Made by a program: the position numbers and the translations under genes
Shown: positions 1 to 14,073 of the stretch, piece by piece
Layout of the letters: the number at the start of each line of letters is the position of its first letter
Position numbering within the stretch: the first letter of the stretch is position 1
Notes under the pieces: model-generated
Database searches by the model: none
Seen by the model: only the letters and a program-made list of their open reading frames with translations
What the model was told of the DNA's origin: nothing
Assembly: GCA_965116795.1 (NCBI GenBank)
Contig: OZ220716.1
Coordinates: 618,503 to 682,502 of the forward strand
Origin: Gammaproteobacteria bacterium
GTDB lineage: Bacteria > Pseudomonadota > Gammaproteobacteria > JAJFKG01
Length of the DNA: 64,000 bases
Direction of reading: 5' to 3'

Positions 1-46
1 TGGTCAAGTCACAGCTGCAACAACAATTAGCTGCGGAGTTTGATTA

Positions 47-715
47 ATGCGTGCAATGATTTTAGCCGCCGGCATGGGTAAACGCATGGGTAACTTAACC
101 CATAACACCCCTAAACCATTGCTATTACGCGATGGTAAACCATTAATTGTGTGGCAAATTGAAAATATCGTACGTGCTAACATCACTGAAATCATTATTA
201 ATGTTGCTGCAATATTCGCTAAATCATTGCAATCTGTACTGGGTGACGGCACTGCATTCGGTGCACACATTCATTATTCAATTGAAACTGAAACATTAGA
301 GACAGGCGGTGGGATCATTAATGCATTACCCCTATTAGGTAAACAACCGTTTATTATTACCAGTGCCGATCTTGTTACCAACTACCCGTTTGCAAACTTA
401 ACCCGTATTACGTTACAACCGCCACACACCTTAGGGCACTTAGTGTTAGTCGATAATCCACCGTATCACCCAACTGGCGATTATGGATTAGTCGATGGTA
501 TTGTTTGTTTAGATAGTACTGAAACATTCAATTACGCAGGGATTGGCTTATTGCATCCACAATTATTTACTAACCGTTCGTTAACTTGCTGCAAATTAAC
601 AGACTGTATTAACCCCGCCATTGCTAATAATCAGATCCGCGGTGAACATTATCGCGGACAATGGCATAATGTCGGCACGCCAGAGCAGTTAGCGGCGTGT
701 CAAACACTTGGATAA
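47..715 (+). CDS. murU: Nucleotidyltransferase, MurU-like (MurNAc-1-P uridylyltransferase)
   Basis: N-terminal MRAMILAAGxGxRM..LT...PKPLL, LETGGGI..ALPLLG and LVDNP.yHp.GD motifs; 222 aa. Confidence 0.8.
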   Translation: MRAMILAAGMGKRMGNLTHNTPKPLLLRDGKPLIVWQIENIVRANITEIIINVAAIFAKSLQSVLGDGTAFGAHIHYSIETETLETGGGIINALPLLGKQPFIITSADLVTNYPFANLTRITLQPPHTLGHLVLVDNPPYHPTGDYGLVDGIVCLDSTETFNYAGIGLLHPQLFTNRSLTCCKLTDCINPAIANNQIRGEHYRGQWHNVGTPEQLAACQTLG

Positions 716-719
716 TGCT

Positions 720-1397
720 ATGCGCCAACCTGACATCATTGCCCCATCGATTTTATCTGCTGACTTTGCCAAACTCGGCGCTGAAGCCAATGCGGTATTA
801 GCCGCAGGCGCACACTGGATCCATTTTGATGTGATGGATCAACATTACGTACCCAATTTAACCATTGGTCCGATGGTCTGCCAAGCGTTAAGAGATGCCG
901 GCATTAGCGCACCGATCGATGTACACTTAATGGTAACCCCAGTTGATCCGTTAATTGATGCATTTGCCAATGCCGGTGCCAGTATGATCAGCTTCCACCC
1001 GGATGCAACCGATGATCTCAATGCAAGCATTCAGCGTATCCGCCAACATGATATACAAGCTGGTATTGCATTAAACCCTGACATACCCAGTAATGTATTA
1101 GAACCAGTTCTAGATAAAATCGATTTAGTCCTATTAATGAGTGTATTCCCTGGCTTTGCTGGACAAGCATTTATTCCAGAGGTGCTCGATAAAATTGCTA
1201 ACGTACGTCAACGCATCGACGCACAAACACGTCCTATTCGTTTATCCGCCGACGGTGGGATTAATCAAAAAACGATTATTGATGTTGCTAACGCCGGTGC
1301 AGATACCTTTGTTGCTGGTTCAGCGATATTTAATCAGAAAGATTACGCGGCTGCGATCACTGCCTTACAGCAAGCGATTGCCAGTGTACGGGGTTAA
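720..1397 (+). CDS. rpe: Ribulose-phosphate 3-epimerase
   Basis: IAPSILSADF, HFDVMDxHYVPNLTIGP, DVHLMV and DGGIN motifs; start moved to the second Met. Confidence 0.95.
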   Translation: MRQPDIIAPSILSADFAKLGAEANAVLAAGAHWIHFDVMDQHYVPNLTIGPMVCQALRDAGISAPIDVHLMVTPVDPLIDAFANAGASMISFHPDATDDLNASIQRIRQHDIQAGIALNPDIPSNVLEPVLDKIDLVLLMSVFPGFAGQAFIPEVLDKIANVRQRIDAQTRPIRLSADGGINQKTIIDVANAGADTFVAGSAIFNQKDYAAAITALQQAIASVRG

Positions 1398-1460
1398 AGA
1401 CAACATGCCAGATACGGCGAAGCTGTAAACGAAGCCGTATCTGGCACAATAATAAAAACA

Positions 1461-2858
1461 TTACACAATCGTACAACTATTGCTAATGGTTTCAGATGCA
1501 CTTTGTGGTGATGGTTGTGATTGCCGGCTAGAACATGGAGCCGGCAGCAAGCTAAAACACGATCGACTGACTGATGGTGAAGTTGGGCTGTTAACAAAAG
1601 GAGCACGTTCAGTAACATCTTCCTCTGTTTTTTCTGCCTGCTCTTTTTCCTCTTTGGCTTTTTGCTCAGCCGCTTCTAAAATAGTTATTATTTCCGGCTT
1701 TTGATTGGAAATAGACTCTTCACCAAGCAGTTCTGCTTTTTCTTCTTCTTTTTTCGGTGTTTTTCTCTCGTTTTTTTCCGCTCCAGCAGATTGAGCATAA
1801 TATTGTTTGGCAATATCCAGCGGTGTTTTCCCTTCCTTATTAATCAGCAATGGATCAGCACCATTCTCTAACAATAATTGGCACATAGCGGCATCACCTT
1901 GCCTAGCAGCGTAGTGTAATGGTGTATTATTGTTAACATCTTGAACATTTATAGAATGACTTGCTGCTATTAACTGCTCTGCTAACTCAACTAACCCATG
2001 CTGTGCAGCAATGTGTAACCCTGCCTGCTTAGATAAACTTGCATGATGCACTCTACCTTCTATAAGCGTCAATAAAACCTGCGTACATTCTGAGGTGTTT
2101 AAGCCTTCTCCATTTTCCTTTGCTTTTGCTATAACATAATTTAATGCATTTTGTTTTATTTTTGTTGCTGGAGCTTCATAAAGTGTTGCCGGATTAACTT
2201 CGGCTTGATTCAATATCCATTGCAATATAGGTAACGCCTTATGTAAAGCAGCTATATGTAATAGTGGTACAGTTAGGCGTATTCCTTCTGCCAGCAAATA
2301 CCGTTTTTTACTAATAATATGTTTAAAATCATCCTCTTTTTTTTCTTCTATTGCTGTTACAGCGGCCTCATATCCTTCTGCTATTGATGCTTTTAAAATA
2401 GCGCACAGTTGCTCTCTCTTTTCTTCAGATGCGTGCTCAACTAACTTTAATGGTTCCACAGTCTTTGATTCAGCTAAACTGATTTTCTGTGGATCAAAAT
2501 TTAATTGATTAACTAATAAATTAACTACATTAACACAGCCTAATTTAATAGTAAGATGTAACACATCAGCATTGCTATTCAAATAAGTAGTGTTATTGTA
2601 ATCAATGCTATTCTCGAAGAGATTTGTTAGCTTACTAGTTTGTATGCTGCTAGAGTTTTGCTCTCCACCTAGGATTAATTCAAGCAAATTTAGTAATGCA
2701 TACCTCTGCTCAGAAGTATTTAATTTGTTAAAGATATTCTTAACGTCATTTTCTACAACAAGTTCTCTAAATACTTTGATCTGTTCGTCAGTGAACACAA
2801 GTTCTTTCACATTTAGTTTAGAAATAAACGCTACAAGTGGGATTTCACCATTATGCAT
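1461..2858 (-). CDS. Ankyrin-repeat protein with C-terminal CaaX motif; candidate host-translocated effector
   Basis: Ankyrin motifs (NTPLHYAARQGD, GKTPLDIA, LHIAAQHG); Glu/Lys-rich stretch; ends ...SCTIV-stop. Confidence 0.8.
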   Translation of the reverse strand: MHNGEIPLVAFISKLNVKELVFTDEQIKVFRELVVENDVKNIFNKLNTSEQRYALLNLLELILGGEQNSSSIQTSKLTNLFENSIDYNNTTYLNSNADVLHLTIKLGCVNVVNLLVNQLNFDPQKISLAESKTVEPLKLVEHASEEKREQLCAILKASIAEGYEAAVTAIEEKKEDDFKHIISKKRYLLAEGIRLTVPLLHIAALHKALPILQWILNQAEVNPATLYEAPATKIKQNALNYVIAKAKENGEGLNTSECTQVLLTLIEGRVHHASLSKQAGLHIAAQHGLVELAEQLIAASHSINVQDVNNNTPLHYAARQGDAAMCQLLLENGADPLLINKEGKTPLDIAKQYYAQSAGAEKNERKTPKKEEEKAELLGEESISNQKPEIITILEAAEQKAKEEKEQAEKTEEDVTERAPFVNSPTSPSVSRSCFSLLPAPCSSRQSQPSPQSASETISNSCTIV

Positions 2859-3104
2859 AACTTTTCTCCGTATTTGTTCTATCTTTTAAAAAAGGGGGGC
2901 TATTTTACCACAAACTGTAAAAAAAACCAACCGCCTTAATGATTTGAATTTACCCTTATTTTCTCTAGAATGTATGTATAGCTATGTCGTTTTATAAAAC
3001 CGATAATATCAATTAACATCCACATCAAAACAGATTGTAAAATGTCACTAACCTTGTATATTGCTTTTCTTTAGTAAGCTAATTCGAATTCCTGAAGACA
3101 CATC

Positions 3105-3689
3105 ATGTTACTGCTCATCGATAACTACGATTCATTCACCCATAACATTGCACGTTATTTTCGTCAGTTACAGCAAACTGTGGTAGTCAAACGCCATGAT
3201 GAGATCACCCTTGCCGAGATCGATGAATTACAACCGCAACGTATTGTGATTTCCCCTGGGCCGTGCACGCCTGATCAAGCTGGGATTTCATTAGCAACCA
3301 TTACTACGTTTGCCAATGCAATTCCGATATTGGGCATTTGTTTAGGACATCAAAGCATCGCGCAAGCATTTGGTGGGCGTATTGTGCGTGCCAAACAGGT
3401 GATGCACGGCAAAACATCTACTATCTACCATCAAGGACAAGGGATGTTTACTGATGTCAGTAACCCATTTACCGCAACGCGTTATCATTCATTAGTGGTT
3501 GCGCCAGACAGTGTGCCAGATTGCTTTACGGTAACCGCGTGGACACAAACAGCGACGGGTGAACAAGACTGCATCATGGGATTACAACACAACACCTTGC
3601 CATTATTTGGTGTGCAATTTCATCCGGAATCGATTTTAACAACTGCAGGTCACACGATGTTACAGCGCTTTTTAGCGATTACTGCCTAG
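3105..3689 (+). CDS. Anthranilate/aminodeoxychorismate synthase component II (glutamine amidotransferase, TrpG/PabA)
   Basis: [28 protein letters not shown] and GVQFHPES motifs. Confidence 0.9.
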   Translation: MLLLIDNYDSFTHNIARYFRQLQQTVVVKRHDEITLAEIDELQPQRIVISPGPCTPDQAGISLATITTFANAIPILGICLGHQSIAQAFGGRIVRAKQVMHGKTSTIYHQGQGMFTDVSNPFTATRYHSLVVAPDSVPDCFTVTAWTQTATGEQDCIMGLQHNTLPLFGVQFHPESILTTAGHTMLQRFLAITA

Positions 3690-4329
3690 GCTGCTGTGAT
3701 TGTTGTTCCTGAAGTAAATGGTTAACTTGCTTGCGCAATTGTTGTTGTTGATCGGGTGGTAATTTATTAATGGAATCTTCTAATTGCTGGCGTTGCTCCG
3801 GTGTTAAACTACGTAATTTATGCCGCAAGGCTTGTTCACGTGCTTGTTGTTGCGCCGACGTCATGGTTGATTGTGGTGGCATTGGGTTAGGTGCGGTTAA
3901 TTCAGACGGCTGTGGTGGCATTGATTGTTGCGATGGTGGAATTAATCTATTTACCGAATTGGTATTAATCGTTGGCGGTGGTGTTGGCATTGTATGTTTT
4001 GGTTGATTAGTTGGTGGTGCCATCATGTTATGCTGATTAGTTGGTGGTGTTGGTAGTACGCCTGGCTGTTGTTGAGTCGTCGGCATAGGTGCTGGTGGCA
4101 TAGTTTGCATGGTCGGCGCAGCAGCTGCCGGTGTATTTGTGGTTGTTGCTTGTGAAGCAGTTGTTGATGGCTGTGATGCTGTGGTATCTGCCCACCCATA
4201 CACTGGGGTTAATCCAACTAATAATCCTAAAATAACGACTTTGTTGATTGCCTTTGACCGAGATGGCGTTAACCCACAATATTGCATGGTGTATATCCTT
4301 ATCCTGTTATCCAGCAGTTGCTTAGTCAC
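3679..4329 (-). CDS. Secreted Pro/Gln/Thr-rich low-complexity protein with helical C-terminus
   Basis: Signal-like hydrophobic stretch ([17 protein letters not shown]), PQT-rich linker and LTPEQRQQL motif; start uncertain. Confidence 0.6.
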   Translation of the reverse strand: MTKQLLDNRIRIYTMQYCGLTPSRSKAINKVVILGLLVGLTPVYGWADTTASQPSTTASQATTTNTPAAAAPTMQTMPPAPMPTTQQQPGVLPTPPTNQHNMMAPPTNQPKHTMPTPPPTINTNSVNRLIPPSQQSMPPQPSELTAPNPMPPQSTMTSAQQQAREQALRHKLRSLTPEQRQQLEDSINKLPPDQQQQLRKQVNHLLQEQQSQQPRQ

Positions 4330-4503
4330 TATATTATAGATAACACTTAAAAAAGTGCCAATTTTTGTTTTAATTCATACTCTTATTGAGTGATATTACT
4401 GCCTACTGCTAAGAATGCTGTACAATAATTAAACCAAGCTGGAACTGGCTATTTAAAAATACGTATCAGAGAAATAACCTACTCTTTTCCAATATTATAT
4501 TTA

Positions 4504-5433
4504 TTAAATCGTCAGCATCACTGATAAAAACAACGGCACAGTAATCATTGCTACCGCAATACTTAGCATCACGGTTAGTGCCACCTTTTCAGGCTTTGTA
4601 CCCAATTGTGCAGCCACTACAACACAATTCCCAGCCAATGGCATCACTGACAACAGTAACATTGCATTAACAACCGCTGGCGTTAACCATTCGTTTGGAA
4701 ACAATGGTATGTACATAGCAGCTAAAATAACTAATGGCCATAAGACAAATTTAAATAAAAAAGTTGATCCTAGAAACCGCCAATCTAATTGAGATCGTGT
4801 TGTTGATAACCCGGTTAAACTGATCCCGATTAACATCATACCTAATACACTATAGGTTCCTTTGAAATGCGCTAACAATGTTGTTATTGGCGTTGGTAGC
4901 ACTATATGGAAATGTTCACATAGCAGGGCTAAGACAAAGACATACACTAATGGCAACTTGGCAAGCTTTCGCAAACTATCGTGCATGCTTGCATCTTGTC
5001 TAGCAACAAGATAATAACCATAGGTAAATTCATATAATGCCAAGCCAAATGTAGAAAATGCCACAATCGCAACCGATTGTGGACTTAATAATAAAATCGC
5101 TAACGACAATCCAAAATAGCCGGTGTTACCAGTCCCTGCAGAAAATGCTAATAAGTTCGCTTCAATTTGTTGTGGCCACAGATAACGTCCAACATGATAC
5201 GCAAGTGTCGCTAACACACAGGCAGTTACGTAAAAAAACACAGTAAATAACAAATAATGTAATTGAAATGGCACGCTATCGATGGCACTGAAAATTGCTA
5301 GTGGCGACACAATATAAATTAATAATGAGGCAATACTTTTAACATCGATCGATACATTACGCGCGAATACCGCACCTAATACCGCTAAACTTACCAATGA
5401 ACTAACGGTAATAAATAAATTGGTTAATACCAT
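4504..5433 (-). CDS. AEC (auxin efflux carrier) family transporter
   Basis: About 10 hydrophobic segments; GNTGYFG, GMMLIG and MPLAGN motifs. Confidence 0.85.
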   Translation of the reverse strand: MVLTNLFITVSSLVSLAVLGAVFARNVSIDVKSIASLLIYIVSPLAIFSAIDSVPFQLHYLLFTVFFYVTACVLATLAYHVGRYLWPQQIEANLLAFSAGTGNTGYFGLSLAILLLSPQSVAIVAFSTFGLALYEFTYGYYLVARQDASMHDSLRKLAKLPLVYVFVLALLCEHFHIVLPTPITTLLAHFKGTYSVLGMMLIGISLTGLSTTRSQLDWRFLGSTFLFKFVLWPLVILAAMYIPLFPNEWLTPAVVNAMLLLSVMPLAGNCVVVAAQLGTKPEKVALTVMLSIAVAMITVPLFLSVMLTI

Positions 5434-5499
5434 AGCTTATTCCTGACAGGCTAATCGAATAGTAATAAAACTATTAAGCAGCTCGCATACTCTCTAAGT

Positions 5500-6894
5500 C
5501 TATTTGCCACGCTGCCAATCATCTCGGATCTGCTGTTCTTGCCAAGTAATACTCAGTTGGTTACTACCGACATTGCGGCGAATAACAGCGCCGGCACCGG
5601 TGGTTGCATGATCACCAATAGACACCGGTGCACGCAACAATGTATTCGATCCAATAAACACATGATCACCAATTGTTGTTTCAAACTTATTAACACCATC
5701 GTAATTACAGGTAATAGTGCCTGCACCAATATTGGTATACGCACCAACGTTAGCATCACCTAAATAACTTAAATGACCCGCTTTACTGTGTTCACCAATG
5801 GTTACATTTTTTAATTCAACAAAATTACCAATGTGTACATGTTCAGCTAACTGAGTACCCGGACGGATCCGAGCAAACGGACCAATAGTACTGTGCGCTG
5901 CGATAGTCGCACCATCAATCACTGAATTAGCATATACGTTAACATTATCTGCTAATTGACTATGGCGAATAATCGTATTAGGCGCTATGTAACAGTTGTC
6001 ACCCAAACTAACATCGCCCTCAAATACGGTATTCACATCGATAACAACATTACGTCCAACACGCACCGTACCACGAATATCGATGCGGCTTGGATCGATA
6101 AGGGTAGCGCCTTGTTGCATTAACGCCTCTGCTTGGACACGTTGATAATGACGTTCGACATTGGCTAATTGCGCGCGGGTATTTACCCCTAACGCTTGCC
6201 ATTCATGTTCACACACAACAGGGTAAATCGTGTGGTTATCTTGATGCGCTAAGGCAATGATATCTGTTAAATAATATTCATCTTGTACATTGTCACTGTT
6301 CAGTTTTGGTAAATAACGTTGTAATAATGCAACTGATAATGCAAACACACCCGTGTTAATTTCGTGAATTGCATAAATATCAGCTGGGGTTAATTTATTA
6401 ATACGCGTATTAGCAATGTCTTTGTCTTCGATAATGGCTTGCACATGATGACATTGGCAATCACGGATAATGCGCCCTAAACCAGTTGGATCCGTTACAC
6501 AGGCAGTTAACACACCAATATCAGTTGGCGTTGTTAAGGTTGTTAATAAAGTTTGCAAACAAGCTGTAGCTATTAGTGGCATATCCCCTAATAAAATTAA
6601 TGCCCTATCATCTGCGTTTAATAGCGGCAATACTTGTTTTACTGCATCACCGGTACCTAATTGCTGCGTTTGGTGTACCCAGGTTATTGGCGTGGGATAA
6701 TCAACAAAGGCTTGTTGCAGTTGCTCACCATGATCACCATACACAACATACATATGATCCGGTGTCAGCGCGGCAGCGGTAGCTAACACATGCGACAAAA
6801 TGGGGTTATTGGCAACTGTGTGCAATACCTTTGGCTTATCTGAACACATCCGTGTACCTTGACCTGCCGCTAAAATGATAATGTGTAAGCCCAT
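5500..6894 (-). CDS. glmU: Bifunctional UDP-GlcNAc pyrophosphorylase/glucosamine-1-P acetyltransferase
   Basis: LAAGQGTRM, QLGTG, EYYLTD, hexapeptide repeats, GAGTITCNYDG; lies downstream of atpC. Confidence 0.97.
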   Translation of the reverse strand: MGLHIIILAAGQGTRMCSDKPKVLHTVANNPILSHVLATAAALTPDHMYVVYGDHGEQLQQAFVDYPTPITWVHQTQQLGTGDAVKQVLPLLNADDRALILLGDMPLIATACLQTLLTTLTTPTDIGVLTACVTDPTGLGRIIRDCQCHHVQAIIEDKDIANTRINKLTPADIYAIHEINTGVFALSVALLQRYLPKLNSDNVQDEYYLTDIIALAHQDNHTIYPVVCEHEWQALGVNTRAQLANVERHYQRVQAEALMQQGATLIDPSRIDIRGTVRVGRNVVIDVNTVFEGDVSLGDNCYIAPNTIIRHSQLADNVNVYANSVIDGATIAAHSTIGPFARIRPGTQLAEHVHIGNFVELKNVTIGEHSKAGHLSYLGDANVGAYTNIGAGTITCNYDGVNKFETTIGDHVFIGSNTLLRAPVSIGDHATTGAGAVIRRNVGSNQLSITWQEQQIRDDWQRGK

Positions 6895-7060
6895 CGTGGC
6901 TCCTTTATTTTCTGGTAACTATTCAGGCCCTATTTAAGAAAACGCCATCGTTGATGGATGTTGACAGAAAATATCAGCATGGAGGTTTTTTAGCAATATA
7001 AAGACTGACTGATTAGTTACATTTTCTGACATACCATAGGCGCATTGTAAGTTAGCGACG

Positions 7061-7483
7061 TTACTTTTTACGTACCCGTCTCACTGCACGAATTTGTGCG
7101 ACGGCTTTGGCAAGATCGGTTGCAAAGTGATAATAGTCTTTATCTGCTTTATGTGTTGTTAAGGCATCTTCAGCACGTTGTTTGGCTTCTATTGCCGCTG
7201 TTTCATCGATATCAGTTGCTCGCACCACCGTATCTGCTAATACAGTAACGACATACGGCTGCACTTCTAACATTCCACCTGAAATATAAAACACATCTTC
7301 TTGGTTGTTATGTTGTACACGTACCAATCCCGGCTTGAGCGCGGTTAACAACGGTGTATGTTGTGGGGTGATCCCAAGCTCACCTTCAGAACCGGTGACA
7401 AACACTGCATGCGCATCACCTGAAAAAATTTCAGCTTCGGCACTGACAAGGCTAATTCCAATAGTATGCTTTCCGGTTTCCAC
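7061..7483 (-). CDS. atpC: F1 ATP synthase epsilon subunit
   Basis: GELGI.P.H.PLLT and SGG.LEVQP motifs; operon position. Confidence 0.96.
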   Translation of the reverse strand: METGKHTIGISLVSAEAEIFSGDAHAVFVTGSEGELGITPQHTPLLTALKPGLVRVQHNNQEDVFYISGGMLEVQPYVVTVLADTVVRATDIDETAAIEAKQRAEDALTTHKADKDYYHFATDLAKAVAQIRAVRRVRKK

Positions 7484-7498
7484 TGTTTATCTAACCTC

Positions 7499-8911
<1,413 letters not shown>

Positions 8912-8939
8912 TTACCTCTACCTTTTTGCTTTTTGATCA

Positions 8940-9800
8940 TTACACTGCATCGGCACCGCCGACGATTTCCGATAACTCTTGGGTAATGCTGGCTTGGCGT
9001 GCCTTGTTGTACACCAATTGCAATTCATCAATTAAGTTATTTGCATTATCCGTCGCATTTTTCATTGACACCATGCGTGCGGCTTGTTCACAAGCAATAT
9101 TTTCCACTACTGATTGATACACTTGTGCTTCAATATAACGGGTAACCAATGCGGTTAATACCTCCCGTGCATCGGGTTCGTAAATATAATCCCAATAAAA
9201 ATTTAATTTATCATCATCAACGGGTACCAACGGTAACAAGCGTTCAATTCGCGGTTTTTGCACCATGGTATTAACAAATTCATTGTATGCGAGATAAATA
9301 CTATCAATTTTTTTCTCGCGATATAAATCTAACATCACTTTAACAATGCCAACAGTGTCGTTGACTGCAGGGGTATCACCAATATGCTCTGCTGTACCCA
9401 CAATCGTCGCGTTATTACGCCGAAATGCACCAATGGCTTTATGTCCAACCAAACATAAATCAACGTCAATATTATGTTGAGTTTTATCGCTCATCTCTTG
9501 CTGTGTTTGTTTAATTAAATTGGTATTCAACCCACCACACAAACCGCGATCAGTTGTTATGACAATATAACCAACACGTTGTTCTTCACGCACATCAAGG
9601 TATAAGTCATGGTATTCCGGATGCGCCTTGGCTAAATGACCGATTACTTCGCGTACTTTACGCGAATATGGCCGTGACGTTAGCATCCGCTGCTGCGCTT
9701 TACGCATTTTACTTGCCGCTACCATTTCCATTGCACGGGTAATGGTTTTGGTTTTGGTAATGCTTTTAATTTGCGAGCGTACTTCTTTGGCGTTTGGCAT
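8940..9800 (-). CDS. atpG: F1 ATP synthase gamma subunit
   Basis: [33 protein letters not shown]. Confidence 0.98.
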   Translation of the reverse strand: MPNAKEVRSQIKSITKTKTITRAMEMVAASKMRKAQQRMLTSRPYSRKVREVIGHLAKAHPEYHDLYLDVREEQRVGYIVITTDRGLCGGLNTNLIKQTQQEMSDKTQHNIDVDLCLVGHKAIGAFRRNNATIVGTAEHIGDTPAVNDTVGIVKVMLDLYREKKIDSIYLAYNEFVNTMVQKPRIERLLPLVPVDDDKLNFYWDYIYEPDAREVLTALVTRYIEAQVYQSVVENIACEQAARMVSMKNATDNANNLIDELQLVYNKARQASITQELSEIVGGADAV

Positions 9801-9809
9801 GTCACTCTC

Positions 9810-11354
9810 TTACCAAGTTTGTGTTTGTTTAAATTCTTCTAATAGGGTTTTCAACGTGTCTGCAATGTCATCGCTATAACTACCCTCTTTATTAATCGTG
9901 TCTAATAATGCTTGATGTTGTTCATGAACAAAACTATGCAAGGCTTGTTCAAATGCAGCAATCTTGTCGAGCGGCACATCATCTAAATACCCTTTTTGTG
10001 CAGCAAACAAACTCACTGCCATGTCAGCAACGCTTAACGGTTGATATTGTTTTTGTTTGAAGATTTCGGTAATGCGTTGCCCGCGCTCTAATTGCTTACG
10101 TGTGGCTTCATCTAAATCCGATGCAAACTGAGCAAATGCTTCTAATTCACGGAATTGGGCTAGCGCTAAACGTACCCCACCGACTAATTTTTTCATGATC
10201 TTGGTTTGTGCGGCACCACCAACACGCGATACCGATAACCCTGAATTAATTGCCGGACGCACCCCGGAATTAAATAATTCAGTATCCAAATAAATTTGAC
10301 CATCGGTAATTGAAATCACGTTGGTTGGTACAAATGCCGATACGTCACCGGCTTGGGTTTCAATGATTGGCAATGCAGTCAACGATCCAGTTTTACCCTT
10401 AACTCTACCGTTAGTTTTCTTTTCAACGTAATCGGCACTAACACGCGCGGCACGTTCTAATAAACGCGAATGTAAATAAAACACATCGCCTGGATACGCT
10501 TCTCGCCCTGGTGGACGACGTAACAATAATGAAATTTGGCGATACGCCCAGGCTTGTTTGGTTAAATCATCATAAACAATTAACGCATCTTCACCTTTAT
10601 CACGAAAGTATTCACCCATTGCACACCCAGAATATGGAGAAATGTATTGCAATGCGGCCGCTTCTGATGCACTGGCCGCGATCACGATGGTATGTGCTAA
10701 GGCATCGTGTTCTTCTAATTTACGCACCACATTAGCAATCGATGAGGCCTTTTGCCCAATGGCCACGTAAATACATTTTACCCCAGACCCTTTTTGATTG
10801 ATGATGGTATCGATCGCAATCGCGGTTTTTCCAACTTGGCGATCACCAATGATCAATTCACGCTGTCCACGACCAACTGGCACCATTGAATCCAATGATT
10901 TTAATCCGGTTTGTAAGGGTTGACCGACTGACTGACGGGTAATCACCCCCGGTGCTACCGCTTCAATGGGTAACCGCTCGCTAGCATTAATTGCTCCTTT
11001 ACCATCTACTGGATTGCCGAGCGAATCGATCACGCGACCTAATAATGCTTCACCGACGGGGACATCTAACATGCGACCCGTACATTTAACCACTTGCCCT
11101 TCGGCTAATTCCTCATCCGAACCTAATACCACTGCACCGACAGAATCGCGTTCTAAATTTAACACTAATCCATATAACCCGTTAGTAAACTCAACTAACT
11201 CTTGTTGCATCACATCGGCTAACCCGTGAATACGCACGATCCCATCTTTTAAGCTGACAATCGTACCTTCGGTACGTACTTCTTGAGTGATCTCAAAGTT
11301 ATCGATACGCTGTTTGATCAGCTCACTAATTTCACTGGGGTTTAACTGTTGCAT
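9810..11354 (-). CDS. atpA: F1 ATP synthase alpha subunit
   Basis: GDRQVGKT; [21 protein letters not shown]. Confidence 0.99.
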   Translation of the reverse strand: MQQLNPSEISELIKQRIDNFEITQEVRTEGTIVSLKDGIVRIHGLADVMQQELVEFTNGLYGLVLNLERDSVGAVVLGSDEELAEGQVVKCTGRMLDVPVGEALLGRVIDSLGNPVDGKGAINASERLPIEAVAPGVITRQSVGQPLQTGLKSLDSMVPVGRGQRELIIGDRQVGKTAIAIDTIINQKGSGVKCIYVAIGQKASSIANVVRKLEEHDALAHTIVIAASASEAAALQYISPYSGCAMGEYFRDKGEDALIVYDDLTKQAWAYRQISLLLRRPPGREAYPGDVFYLHSRLLERAARVSADYVEKKTNGRVKGKTGSLTALPIIETQAGDVSAFVPTNVISITDGQIYLDTELFNSGVRPAINSGLSVSRVGGAAQTKIMKKLVGGVRLALAQFRELEAFAQFASDLDEATRKQLERGQRITEIFKQKQYQPLSVADMAVSLFAAQKGYLDDVPLDKIAAFEQALHSFVHEQHQALLDTINKEGSYSDDIADTLKTLLEEFKQTQTW

Positions 11355-11379
11355 AGTCTATCCTCTTTAAAAAATCGTG

Positions 11380-11916
11380 TTATGCCATTAATGTGTTAGT
11401 TAAACGGGTTAATTGGCTGGCGAACGACCCATCAATAACGACATCACCAGCTCGCACAATCACACCACCTAATATTGTTGCATCGACGTGATATGTCACC
11501 TCAAGTTGTTGGGCAAATCGCTTATGCAGCGCCGCTATCAATTTATCAGCATCTGTTTTATCAAATGCAATCGCCGTGGTTACCTCTACCGGCAACACTT
11601 GCTGATGTTGGCGATATAACGCATCGAATAATTCACTGATCTGAGTTAATGCTTCTAAACGTTTATTTTCTGCTAATAGCTGCACGAATTGCTGACACGG
11701 TTGTTCAAGCAAATCATTCATTAAGGTCAATACGCGTTCACCGACTTGCTCTGGCGTATAGCGTGGTGATTGCAATACCCACTGCATTTTAGGGTGTTCA
11801 ATGCATTGAGCTAACCCTGACAATGCACGCTGCCAAGCAGGCAATTGCTGCTGTTCAAGCGCGTAATCAAACGCTGCTTGAGCATAGGGTCTGGCAATAA
11901 CATTGGCGTTGGTCAC
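11380..11916 (-). CDS. atpH: F1 ATP synthase delta subunit
   Basis: [10 protein letters not shown] and [16 protein letters not shown]; operon position. Confidence 0.96.
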   Translation of the reverse strand: MTNANVIARPYAQAAFDYALEQQQLPAWQRALSGLAQCIEHPKMQWVLQSPRYTPEQVGERVLTLMNDLLEQPCQQFVQLLAENKRLEALTQISELFDALYRQHQQVLPVEVTTAIAFDKTDADKLIAALHKRFAQQLEVTYHVDATILGGVIVRAGDVVIDGSFASQLTRLTNTLMA

Positions 11917-12401
11917 GATGCTTCCTTGATATTCAGTTCATCAACAAACGTTGCCATTGCAGCACGTTGCGTGGCTGTATCGACTTCGTTACCTAAAAAT
12001 TTCACAACCCCTGCCATGGCTAGATCAGCGACCTGTTGTTGCAATTGATGACGTGCTTGTTCACGTGCTTGTGCAATGTCATTGTCAGCTAATTCCAATA
12101 ACCGTTTACCTTCAGCCTGTGCTTGCTGTTTAGCCGTTTCGATAATACCAGCCGCTTGTTGATTAACTTTTTCGATGATTTGCCTGGCATTTGCACGCGC
12201 ATCGCGTAAGATGTCTGCTGCTTTATGTTGTGCCATTTCCAATTCATGCACCCCTTTTTCAGCGGCAGCTAATCCATTGGCAATGGTTTTTTCACGTTCT
12301 TTAATCGCATTAATGATTAACGGCCACACAAAACGCATGGTAAACCACACAAAGATCGCAAACGTAATCATTTGCCCCAGCAATGTTGCGTTTAAATTCA
12401 C
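11913..12401 (-). CDS. atpF: F0 ATP synthase subunit b
   Basis: [26 protein letters not shown] followed by coiled coil. Confidence 0.96.
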   Translation of the reverse strand: MNLNATLLGQMITFAIFVWFTMRFVWPLIINAIKEREKTIANGLAAAEKGVHELEMAQHKAADILRDARANARQIIEKVNQQAAGIIETAKQQAQAEGKRLLELADNDIAQAREQARHQLQQQVADLAMAGVVKFLGNEVDTATQRAAMATFVDELNIKEAS

Positions 12402-12507
12402 TTAATTGTTGCTCCTATCACTAGACACGGCGTAGCCATAAGCAAAGTCGTGCCGTTTACCATCTTCTGACGTTCTCAAAATTTGGATTCAGTTCAGGGA
12501 CGTATCT

Positions 12508-12828
<321 letters not shown>

Positions 12829-12858
12829 TCATTATTAAACCATTAATACCATCACACA

Positions 12859-13647
<789 letters not shown>

Positions 13648-13676
13648 TTATGTTTAACCTTTAAAATAAAACTTAA

Positions 13677-14054
13677 TTATCGCATTAACCACGGCGCTAA
13701 CCATGCACACAATTGCACGCTTAGATAACCAACAAAAAATGCCATTGCATGCAATTCTGAATAATGAAAACATGCGATAAACAACACTACACTGGTTATT
13801 ATCTTTAACACTTGCGCTTTATACAGATTACGTACAACCTGCTTGGCGACACTGGCGCCAGTAATAGCAAACAATCGATTCGCAAAACACACATTGGGGA
13901 TGGTCGCCACCAAAACCCCTAGCAATACCGAATATGCTGTTTGCCAACCGGCTAACGCACTACTCGCACAGGCAATGGATAATCCCACGCCACACTGGAT
14001 AATAATGAAACGATACGCTCGCGACTTTGCTAGATGCGCGATCCCGACTGGCAT
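13677..14054 (-). CDS. atpI: ATP synthase protein I
   Basis: Small 4-TM protein, first in the atp operon; GGAGGAG RBS upstream. Confidence 0.85.
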   Translation of the reverse strand: MPVGIAHLAKSRAYRFIIIQCGVGLSIACASSALAGWQTAYSVLLGVLVATIPNVCFANRLFAITGASVAKQVVRNLYKAQVLKIITSVVLFIACFHYSELHAMAFFVGYLSVQLCAWLAPWLMR

Positions 14055-14073
14055 CGACTCCTCCTGATCACGA

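Noticed and set aside
4504-6894. glmS missing after glmU as a sign of pathway loss
   Set aside because: glmS could lie elsewhere in the genome; this cannot be judged from one window.
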